NCBI GenBank assembly: GCA_009914755.4
Contig: CP068257.2
Coordinates: 38,208,001-38,272,000 of the forward strand
Source of the DNA: the human T2T-CHM13v2.0 reference genome, Homo sapiens
DNA length: 64,000 bases
Direction: 5' to 3'
Shown: positions 38,276 through 48,436 of the stretch, piece by piece
Numbering within the stretch: position 1 is the first letter of the stretch
Layout of the letters: every line of letters starts with the position of its first letter
Program-made: the position numbers and the translations under genes
Notes under the pieces: model-generated
What the model saw: the letters and a program-made list of their open reading frames with translations, nothing else
Database searches by the model: none
What the model was told of the DNA's origin: nothing

Positions 38276-39399
38276 GTAGACGAGCAGGCTGGTTCTGCAG
38301 AAAGAATCATGGATCTGAAATTTTGGGAACAATTACTGAAAAGTGAATTGGAGGAGTTCACCTGTGTGGAGAGTGGAGACAGGGAAAATAATTAAGGACT
38401 CAACCAAGCCCAATTCTGAAAGCTGTCAGGCTGCTGAGAATCGAGAGGTCCTTTCAGCCAGCCCACAGTGCGGCCTTCAGAGCTGCAGTGGCACTTCGAA
38501 GACAAACACCCACTGACCTTTTCATCAAAGAGAGGGGCTGCAGAGGTGACACGCAGGCTCTGCAGGCCAGGCAGCCAGTCCTCATCGGCAGGACAGGCTT
38601 GGGCATTTAATTGGGCTGAAAGGAACTATGAGTTATAAAATGACCTTTCCATCCATACATAGGGAATAATTTAAGCCTTAAGAATAGGAGCGGCTTCAGT
38701 TATGTTCGTAGCACTTGGAATTAGAAGGTGTGACAAGACAGAGATCCGTAGGAGCATCACGAATGGATTTTACCTGTCCCTGTATGTCTCCCATATTCTT
38801 CCTTTCTCTCCTGTTGGCTGGTGCCTTTTGGAAGAGTCACTTCACCTAGGTGTGAAGATGGGATGGAAGGTTGCATGCATAAAACCCAAATTATTTCAGA
38901 TTAGAGGGAGACATAGAGGGTAAAGGAAAGAGAGAGAGAGAGAGAAAGAAAATACAAGTTATGCATACCAGGTTCTCAATAACTTCAAGAAATAAAAAAA
39001 CATACACACCTACTATACAGAGTGGCTAATTAAGAGTGACCAGTAGTGTGGAGAAGATATGGGGTATGATGTAGAGGCATAATGATGTTTGTGCAATATT
39101 AGTTGCTAAAATCCTGGAAGACCATAGCCAAATATTTCTGTTAATTATTATTTTTTCTTCAGAAAGGCAGTAAAACCCAATTATCTAGGTTTAAAACAGG
39201 TGTGTTTTGTGGGAAGATTTTTTAACATTTTAGAAAACTGGACTAAAATTTGACAGCCGATTTTAAAATACCCTTTTTTCTCATTTTCAAAAGAGAAAAT
39301 TCTTACCTGTTGGCATGGGAAAGAGAATTTAATTTCACAGAACAAAAGAGCTTTCTTTCCTACAGCAACATTCACACTTAGTGACCGCTGGGTATTTAT

Positions 39400-39530
39400 T
39401 TATTCAGAAGTGGTTTCAGGTGCCGACTCAGTGCTGGGCATCATGCCAGGCATGGCAATGAAAAAATAAGCGGGGTGATGTGGCCTGGCCTCTCCCTCTC
39501 TCAAGAGGCTTAAAGTCCAGAAGGTGGGAG
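39400..39530 (-). mobile_element. L2/MIR 3'-end fragment (minus)
   Basis: 'tatttatttattcagaagtggtttcaggtgccgactcagtgctgggcatcatgccaggc...ctctcaagaggcttaaagtccagaaggtgggagacaag' resembles the reverse complement of the L2 3' end ('...cattcattcaacaaatatttattgagcgcctactatgtgccaggcactgtgctaggtgctgggg...tccctgccctcaaggagcttacagtc'). Confidence 0.4.
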
Positions 39531-40739
39531 ACAAGGCTTGAGTAAACAAGCACACATACTCATGCATCCTTACAACAAGTACATCCTTCCAGGAGGGGTT
39601 TAAAGAATTAGGCTGCATGTCCATATCTGTGGATAGAACCTGCATAGCCTCCCGGCTCGGGGCCACATCACATCCAGTGGTTGGCAGCAGGCTAGAGTCT
39701 GCAGGAAGATTCAAGCTCAGGGCAGCAGGGAAGGAGGTGAGGAGTCAAAGACAGGAGCCCCTGGGTTCACCCATCGGGCCAGGGATGCTGAGGCTCCCCA
39801 TGTAGACACCCAGAGTGTATAGTTGGCATCGGGCTGGGAAGCAGTGAAGGTAGAAGAAGGGAGCCTCGCCATGAAGGCCAGGCTGTGCAGTCTCCGTTCC
39901 AAGGAGGATGACCACCTTCTTCATCTGTGCTGGATTAAAACAGCGCTATGTCTGCAAAGGCAAGGAAATGAAGCAGAAGGTAGGTTCTTTTTCAAAGTCC
40001 CCCACACCTCCAGAAACTACACACAAATGATGCATTTGGTATGCAAGTCTGATGAAAAGCCCTAGGTCATTAATATATAGTGTCCCTATAAATAATCTCA
40101 AAGACAGCTTGGGCCAACTCTGCCCCTTCAGGCAGGATCATGCTTCTAAGAAGATGAAAATAATCTGTCCTTATTATATATATACATTTCCATAAATTAT
40201 AGAACCACATGTCTGTATTTTAATTCAGCCAGGCTGAAGTTTTCCCCAAGATCTAATATACGAAGCTGTAGATCTAATTCTTCTGAAGTTCCTTCAAAAT
40301 TTATTTCCCAGCTCAATATATTTCATGTAGATATTTTTGCTTAGGTTGGCAGATGCAAGGCTTGAATACTTGTATATTACCAGTGGAGAAAATCAGACAC
40401 TGAGCAATGGAACAACTTCGCCAAGGTCATACAGAAAATGATTTCTCACATCTAGGATCCAAGTTCTAAGCTTCTGGTTCAGAACCCCATTGGTCACGTA
40501 AGAGTGTTTGGCTAACCTGAGAAAAGTCGAATGATGGGGCACGTTGAAGCTATTGACATACATGTGTAAAAGTAAACCACAGCCAAGCGGGCCTGAAAAG
40601 GAGGTGGAAAGGGAGAGAGTATCACTGTGTCAAGCAGCACGTCTCAAACCTGACTGCTCATCGGAACCACAGGAAAAGGTTGAAAGATTGCTCATTGACT
40701 GTCCTTGTCCCTGGATATGCTATGAAGAGGTCCAGCTAG

Positions 40740-40848
40740 TCTTTGGCGTTCTTGATCTGGTAACTGGTCTTATTGGGGTAGTACTGTCCCACGAGGATGA
40801 ATGGGAGGAGATGTCGTCCCAGGGCCCATCTGTGGGAGAGGATGCAAT
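40740..40848 (-). other. Candidate minus-strand terminal coding exon (splice acceptor plus an in-frame stop); product not recognised
   Basis: On the minus strand, 'tcctctcccacag' (a polypyrimidine tract followed by CAG) is followed by an open frame '...WALGRHLLPFILVGQYYPNKTSYQIKNAKD*'. The frame ends at a TAG at 40736-40738. The local sequence retains CpGs (gacgacatc, tcgtggg, aacgcc). No homology check was possible. Confidence 0.2.
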
Positions 40849-41169
40849 GTGTGTTCAGGCTGGGGTGCCTCTTGACAGCTAGCATGCTTGCATTTGAGAC
40901 CTGGTGGGTTGCACACTCAGACCTGTCTTGTGTCACTGGCGAGCACCGATTTCCCAGGGCAGCTTGACCCTCCCTTTGTAGCAATACTGAACGTTCATTT
41001 TGTGTTCTCTATAACAGGACAACTCCACGACTCATTAACAGGAGATAGTTATTTTGCTAAAGATATCCTGGGGAAATAAGTAGGATGAAATTGCATACCA
41101 CAAGGCCTTGAGAAAAATCCCCCTTAAGGTAATTCTATCCTTTCCCTGAAATTTCTCTGTGTGCTTGTG

Positions 41170-41566
41170 ATGGCGTCTGTGTTCGTTTCCTGTGGCTACC
41201 AGAATCAAGTACCAAGACTGCGTGGCTTAAGCAACCAAAATGTATCCCCTGGCAGTTCTGGAGGCTGAAAGTGTGAGGTCAAGGGGCAGCACGGTTGGTT
41301 CCTCTGAGACCTCTCTCCTTTGCTTGTAGATGCCATCTTCTCCCTGTATCCTCACAGCGTTGTCCCTCTGCGAGTGCCTGTGCCCTAATCTATTCTTCTT
41401 ATAAGGACACCAGTCCTATTGGATTCGGGCCCACCCTAGTGACCTTGTTTTAACTTAATCACCTCTTTAAAGACCTTTTCTCCAAATAAGGTCACATTTT
41501 GAGATATTGAGGGTTAGGACTTGAATGTATGAATTCTGGAGGAAGGCAATCAGCTCAGACCATAAC
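41170..41566 (-). mobile_element. MLT1-type MaLR LTR (minus)
   Basis: '...gcgtggcttaagcaaccaaaatgtatcccctggcagttctggaggctgaaagtgtgaggtcaagg...cttcttataaggacaccagtcctattggattcgggcccaccctagtgaccttgttttaacttaatcacctctttaaagacc...gggttaggacttgaatgtatgaattctgg'. Confidence 0.7.
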
Positions 41567-43302
41567 CCATTCTCCCCAATAGTCTTCATAGTCCCTTGGT
41601 TGGTCCCAAAGAATTGCTGAGTCTACCCAGCAAAGCCTCAGCCCAGCCCTGCACCTCCAATCCTGCCCCTCTACTTGGAGCCTCAGCACTAACTGCTGTG
41701 CTGCCAACCTCAGGCTGCTGCAGCCCTTGATGTGTCTTTGTGTTGTTAGAAAATGCAGGTCTGCTCCAGAGCCAGCCAGCAGAGCACAGGCTGATTCTCC
41801 ACATGCCCTCTGCACAGCCTGGAGGACCACAGCAGGGACCCCATGGAGGCTCACACTGGGAGACCCCTTCTACACCTCCAGGCTGTGGGGGTCCAGCCCC
41901 CAACAGGGCAGGAGGCCCCTGGGGAGGGTGTGGTTTTTGCCCCTGAGAAATCACAGGTGTCTCCTAGTATAGATAAGCAAGCACCCTTCTTCCAATCTGT
42001 CAATCTGTCCTACATCGCAGATGACACTATGGCTCCAGTTCCTCACCCTGCCCTCCTCCTCCTTCTCTCCCACTACTAACCACCTGGGCAACCCTAAAGG
42101 CATCCCACGTCGGCCTTCCCAAGCGTGGCATTGGGGGCAAGGAGGAGGAGGGGAGTGAGAGAAGGAGGATGCTGTCTTCATTAGTTTGCAAATGATTTGT
42201 GTGGTCAGGATATGTAAATAAATAATTTATATACATATAAAAGAAACGAATATAACACACATATTTTATATAATATATATATAATGTTCATTTCTGTCGC
42301 TCTGTGAAATATAGGTTATTTTATAATAACTCATGTATGAGACTCTGTCTTGCTGGCTGGTGTTCCCACGCTGTGGGCGAGGGTGCTGACCAGCTGGTGC
42401 TCCTGGCCAAGGCCTCTGAGGGCAGCCTGTGCTCGCCGGTGCCCATTTGGGGGCGCATGGCCTTCTGCTTGCTGTCCAAGGTGGACCTGAGGATGTGGTC
42501 GCATCGGTGACCTGGGCATGTAAGGAGGGCAGTCCAGGTCAGAGGGCGTGGGGCTGCTGAGCTGAGGAGAGAGGGTTGATGGGCTGGAGTCTGGTGGCCT
42601 GCTCTGCACAGGGAGACGAGGGGTGCTGGGGACGGGTGGCAAGACGCTTCAATCTTCTCGCCAGACCCGCTCAGTCCTGTACCGGGACTGGCAGAGTAAC
42701 AGATGTGAATGTGCCTTCAGTCTGCACAACGCTTTTTTGGGACAGTTGAGGGCCCACTCTGATGCCTTGAAGACTCTTCAGAGCCTCACGATGTTGGGAC
42801 TGAACAAAGGATGGAACCTCTTCCCGGAAAAGCTGAACAGGACTAAGGCAAGGAGACCTTCAACCAGGCCAGGGCCAATGCCCAGGCTCCTTCCTGGCCC
42901 CACTGTGGTTGTGAGGAGGGCACATCAGCAAGGCTGCTGGAGCCGCTCGCCTCCTTTGTTGAGGTCGTGGGGACCCATTCCCATGTCCCAGTCCATCTAC
43001 TCTTATCCTTCCAGCTCAGGGTACAAGCAGGGCGACAGATATGGGATAGGGGAGACACAGCAGAGATATTAAAGTCCTTGGGCTGAGTTTTGTGTTATAA
43101 AGGGCAAGGGAAACACAGCTCCTGGGAAAACCTGAAAGTGCGTGAGCGGGCACGCAGGTATTTTCAGAGCTCCTCTTCCCTTAGAAAAACAATCCTTCCC
43201 ATTGACATTTGAAAGGTATTTTACATGCATGTAAATCTTGCACTCATTGAAAAACGCACAATGGCATCCCTGTGATGATCTTTGAAACTTTAGCTTTTAC
43301 TT

Positions 43303-43372
43303 TTTTCTTTTTTTTTTTTTTTAAAAGAGACAGGGTCTCGTTCTGCTGCCCAGGCTGGAGTGTATTACTTTT
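43303..43372 (-). mobile_element. Short Alu 3'-end fragment (minus)
   Basis: 'ttttttcttttttttttttttaaaagagacagggtctcgttctgctgcccaggctggagtg'. Confidence 0.6.
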
Positions 43373-43504
43373 TAAAGAAATCGAGCATTTCCTTCCATCC
43401 TGGCGGAATTTGGAGCAGCGACCTAACGTGCCGTTCTCTTTTGCACCACTAGGTGGCCCCTGGTGCTCTCAGATGTCGGCCAGGCTTGCAGACAGGTGAA
43501 TGCA

Positions 43505-43650
43505 TCTCATTGGCTCCAGGGAGGCATGATGCCACCGGGCAGCTCTTTTTAAGAGAAAAGCCAGAACCGGTGGAGCAGCGACCCCTGAGCAGTGTTCTCT
43601 GTGCTGAGCGGCGGGACTGAGCTGTTGAGTTAGAGCCAACATGAGTGAGG
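43505..43650 (+). promoter_or_regulatory. Candidate core promoter plus first coding exon: an inverted CCAAT box (ATTGG), a TATA-like element, then ATG-AGT-GAG immediately followed by a consensus GTGAGT splice donor
   Basis: 'ctcATTGGctcc' lies at 43508-43513 and 'cttTTTAAGAGaaaag' at ~43546-43555. 'gagccaacATGAGTGAG|GTGAGTgatg' has its ATG at 43641-43643 and the donor GT at 43650-43651, and the ATG has an A at -3 (Kozak-compatible). The read-through frame is only 25 codons long (ATG to a TAG at 43716-43718), which supports exon-intron rather than a single-exon ORF. The motif 'ggagcagcgacc...gttctc' is duplicated at 43412 and 43570. Confidence 0.3.
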
Positions 43651-44837
43651 TGAGTGATGCTTCGACCTGGAGAGGGAAACTTAGGAGTGAGAAGGGACCT
43701 CGGCTGAAGGATTAGTCTCAGGAAATGTGAGGGACTTAGCAGTGCTGAGGAACAAATTAATCCTGTAATTATTTGCTTGGAGAACTGACAGGATTAATCT
43801 CTTGGTTTGAATGGTAAGTGCAGAAATTGGTTAAGTTTGCAACTTCTACAATTAGCCTGAGGAGGAGAAAGGTTTGCTTTCTGATTGAATGGTGACTTTG
43901 AAAAGTGCTTTGGGTTTTAGAGCTCAGAAGAGAAAGCCAAATGTTTTATTCTCTTACGAAGATGCGTGTCTTTGCATGATTCCCGCGGTGATACCTTTCA
44001 GAATGTGAGTGGGCAGGTGGTCATCTGGTGAATGCAAGCCATGGAAGGGAAGGGGACAAGGTGGGGAAAGGGCTGGCCGTTGGGTGGCATTTCATGGCTC
44101 AGTTGTACAAACTACCTCTGCAGTTAATCAGAGCACCAGGGAAAGAAATGCAAAAAGTAGTAGGAACTGGGAAACATCCGTGTGTATAGATCTGTGGCTC
44201 TAAGACCGGAGGCGGCCCCGGCAGAAGAAGAGCTACGATTTTGCAAATCCAAAGTCACTTCTCTAAACTTGTTTATACAGAATGTGTTTTACTGGGGCCA
44301 ACTGACAGCACGTTTGTTTTTCTAAAATCATCTTCTCCTTTTTTCTCATCTATGAAGCAGATTAGCGGTGGTACAACACCATTCTCTAATTCAACTCAAT
44401 AACCGAGCCAAATGCATCTTCATTTCCTCTTGGTTGGCACTTAAATAATTACTTTTAAAGATCTTTTATCTTCTCTGTCTCTTTTTGACAGATGGATGAT
44501 TCTTTTCTTGGAAGTCTAGGATAAAATTAACAACTTCAGAAATAAAATGCCTCCTCCCTGCTTTTATCTCTCTGATGGGTGATTTTTGATGTAAACATGA
44601 CAAGAAGAAGAGCAAAGCACTATAAAACTTAGAAATGGGGTTTAGGACAAAGCCAGGGGTTTGAGGCAGGGAGAGACCAACTGTGGGGTGGAAGATGGGA
44701 ATTCTCCCACCACCACAATCAATGGTACCTGTAACAGCAGCTAACACTTGCCTAATGGTCTGTGTGCCGACAGTGTCAGGCTGTCTCTGCATCTGTCACC
44801 TTCTTTGAACCTCTCAACAACTCCGTGCAGTGGGCAC

Positions 44838-44985
44838 CATTATTATTCCCAATTGACAGATGAGGACACTGAGGCACAGAGATGGGAACTAAGTGGTTTG
44901 AGGTCACCAGCTAAAGAACAGTAGAGCCAAGACTTGGGCTGCAATGCTGGGTGGTTGACTGCCGGGTGAATCTTGATGTCTAAAT
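44838..44985 (-). mobile_element. MIR SINE fragment (minus)
   Basis: 'cattattattcccaattgacagatgaggacactgaggcacagagatgggaactaagtggtttgaggtcaccagctaaagaacagtagagccaagacttgggctgcaatgctggg' is the reverse complement of the MIR core. Confidence 0.6.
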
Positions 44986-46849
44986 GTGTATGGAATTTGC
45001 TGAACAGAGGGGATGGCAGAGGTTGGAGGAGGAGAGGGGAGGTGAAGAGAAAGAAAGAAAGGAGCTGGGGCTCTGAAATAGAGATGGAATGATGAGGATG
45101 AGACCTCCATTTCCCACATGCTAGGAGGAGGGGCTTTCTGCTGGACTCTACAGATATTTCAGAAGCTTCTGTGTCCACATCAGCTCACCTTGCTTGCAAC
45201 AAGAAGGGATGGCTGCGTGGAGTGGTTTTTCTTTATATACAACTTATCCAATAAGAGTTTCCTATAGAAGAAGGACTTAGAAAGCAGCACAGCACTGAGG
45301 GGTGGCCTCTCGGGTCAAGTCAGCTACCCTGGGATTCTGGCTCAGTCATGCCGTCACTTGCTGAGGCTTCTGGCCAGCAAGGTGCTCATGAGCTCTCCAG
45401 GATGCTCAGCTCTGCTGGGCTCACTCAACTGTGCGGGTCTCCAGGGAGAAAGCGCGTGTTCCAGAGCTCACCTGTGATTAGGGTCACAGCCTGGTTCCTG
45501 CTGAACGGGTAATCAGGGCAGCTCTGTAGTCACCGCCCCGCCATGGCGCTTATCAGACACATTTGCAGGTTCTTGCAGGAGCTCTTGCCTTAGTTCCTTT
45601 AATGTGGATAAAAGCACACAAGGGGCACATCCCACTTTTCTGCCTCCCCTTGCTGCTCACAAAACCCCTCCCAGCTCTCTGCTCCTCATCCTCCCTCCTG
45701 CCCTCTTCTCCCCCTCACATCACATGAGGCCTCCTCCCTCTGACCATCAGCATGGCCACTGCTCCTGGCTGATCTCCAAGTTCCTGGGCATGTGCTCCTT
45801 GGAGAGCAGGAATTTGTCCTTTGACTAAACCTCAAATCTGCTTAAAATCTTTAGTAAAGTGCAACAGAAGCTCCTTTCTGGGTAGAGAACTCGATTCCCC
45901 CTTCATGGCACCCCTCAAGGGGTTTCTTTGGTTGGATGAATTAAATGTGGCTCCTAGTTTTAATAACTCTCAGGCAGAAATGGCTTTCAGATCATCATTT
46001 ACTTGCATGTGTGACTAATTACCAAAGAAAGCCAGAGCAATGGATTTTGCCAGACTTTCCTTGACCTTAGGATTGATTGGGGTCTGGTGGGCCAATAGTG
46101 CCTGCTGCAGTGCCAGGGCTGAGTGCCTGCTGCAGAGGCTCCGGAGCTCATTAGCTGCTTACCCAGGCCAGTGGGCAAGCCTGCTGGCTGGAGAGGACCC
46201 CAAAGTGTCATATACTCCCCGGGGCCTGCTCTGCACTTCCAGGCCTCCCCGCCTTTAAGGGAAAGGTGGAGTGGCAAAGGGAGCCTCGAACTGGCTTTAA
46301 ACTGGGCAGCTTTACAACAAGACGTCTTCTTTATTTCCTGTAACAACACTTTTTAGGGGAAATGACATGTGATAGAAAAGAACAGCTCAGGAAAGTAAAG
46401 TACAACGAGGAAAGTAAAGTCCAAATTTAGGGTAATGTGAGAGAGAGGAGGTGGTTTGTGGGGGTGTCTGATTTACATTTTGGTATTAAAATATGTCAGA
46501 TGTGCCTGGAGCAATCTATGAGATGAATTGGAAGAGAATGTAGCAGGGATCAGAATGCAGGCTTAAGTCTATCAGCTGGATCAGAAATCTTAACCATCAC
46601 AGCCTCAGTTTACAAGGTGCATTCTTTCTCCCTCATCGTACTCACCCAGGCACAAGAAAAATGACTACCTTTGTTCAGCCACTTCATAGAGCTTTTGAAA
46701 AAAGAGTTCCTGGAATAATGACAGTCAGTCCCACGTTCTCCTTTAGGTGTCTATTTTTAAGTTGCTTTTCAAAAGAACTCATTTAGGAGAGCTAGGGGCA
46801 AGGTTGGAAGGCATAAGGACAAACATCTGAGCGTGAATTTAAAAACGTG

Positions 46850-47100
46850 ACGCCCTTGCCCTGTTTAGGGTGCGGGTTGGAGACGTTCCAGGTCACGTAA
46901 TCAAATGACAGCTATTAATTGGACTTGAGACCCCTTTGGGAAAAGCCTCTTCGTAACCCCGAGTTTCACGGTCATGGGCTGGGCTTTTTTCTTGCTTTGG
47001 CGTGGATGGGAAAGTGCAACTCAGTACAAGGGCTGTGGCTCTTTCTTTCGTCTAGACATTGGCCGCAGGGCAAGGCGATGCCCATCAAAGGCATGGTTTG
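46850..47100. promoter_or_regulatory. CpG-retaining block dense in transcription-factor motifs, a candidate distal regulatory element
   Basis: 'aaacgtgacgcccttgccc...gcgggttggagacgttccAGGTCAcgtaatcaaaTGACAGctatTAATTGg...ccccgagtttcacggtc...ggcgtgg...ttcgtctagacattggccgcagggcaaggcgatgccc'. There are 11 CpGs in ~250 bp of otherwise AT-rich DNA. It holds an AGGTCA nuclear-receptor half-site, a MEIS-type TGACAG, a homeodomain TAATTG and a TGAT (PBX-like) core. Confidence 0.25.
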
Positions 47101-48107
47101 AAAAACATCAAGGACATTTAAGGGTAAATCTTTAGATACACATGTCTGTTCTTAGCACCCAAACAGAATCCATGTCGAACTTAATGTATACGTTAAAACG
47201 TACAATAATCTCTAAAGGAAGAAGAAAGCTGTAAATGGCATTTTTCTTGACAGAGATTGCAAACGGGAGGCTACATGCAGTTAACTCGTGAGGTGAGGAC
47301 ATAGAAAAAACATGAATTAAAAAAATGTTTTGCCACTGATTTTAAAATATCATACATACAACAGTGGTTTGGGGCTTACATAGTTGACTCTCACGATTGC
47401 CCAGTGGAGGGACTAAGGTTAAAACGAAACAGATCCTAAGAAGAGAAAGATTATGGCTTTGAGCTTCTTACAACGTAAGGGTAAACTCAAACAGATGCTA
47501 ATGGGTGGCTGATTAGATTTGTAAGGAGCTGTATATTTTAGACCAGTTGTTAAGCACAGATTCTGAGGGTGACTGCATAAAATGTGGGTTTTGCAAATGG
47601 TCTGCAAAACCCAGCAACAAAGGTCAAATGACAATTCAACTTCTTATGTAATTATAACCCCATTTGAGGGTGTACCTGCAGCAAGGACTCTGACAGATCA
47701 AGCAAGATCAGTTTTAGTTTCGTTGGACAACACCATGAAAGATACTCTTTCCTCTAATTGGGGATATTAAGTCCACATAGTCACCAGTTACAATCTGGGT
47801 TTGAAGTTCAACTTTTCCTAATAGAAAGGGGTCAAAATTAAGCAGGAATATGTGTTTCCCAGGGCCGATGATTGTTAAGAGTTGCCATAAAACTTGTTTC
47901 CCCAGTCATGCATTCTATGAAGAAATGCTGTGGGGTTAAAAAGTCTCAGGTTTTCTCTTTTGAATTTTAAGAATGACACAATGCAAGATGTATATTTTTT
48001 TTTCAAAAAGAAAATAAATGACTCATTATTGATTTTATTAAAGGTTTAGTGAAGTAGTACGATCAAGATGAAAAGAAAACATGTTTTTGTAATGGAAAGT
48101 TTCTTAA

Positions 48108-48436
<329 letters not shown>

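Larger units (their letters stand above)
42330..43700. promoter_or_regulatory. CpG-enriched block (CpG-island-like), a candidate promoter region
   Basis: CpG dinucleotides are much denser here than in the flanks, for example 'cccacgctgtgggcgagggtg', 'gctcgccggtgccc', 'gggggcgcatgg', 'gtcgcatcggtgacc', 'gccgctcgcc', 'gcgtgagcgggcacgcagg', 'cgacctaacgtgccg', 'aaccggtggagcagcgaccc' and 'gagcggcgggac'. GC content is high from 42330 to 43100. Confidence 0.35.

Noticed and set aside
41586-42260. GC-rich region with 122-aa and other proline/glycine-rich ORFs on both strands
   Set aside because: The region is GC-rich but CpG-poor and the ORFs overlap in both orientations. I could recognise no protein or splice structure. 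It is left unannotated rather than called coding.
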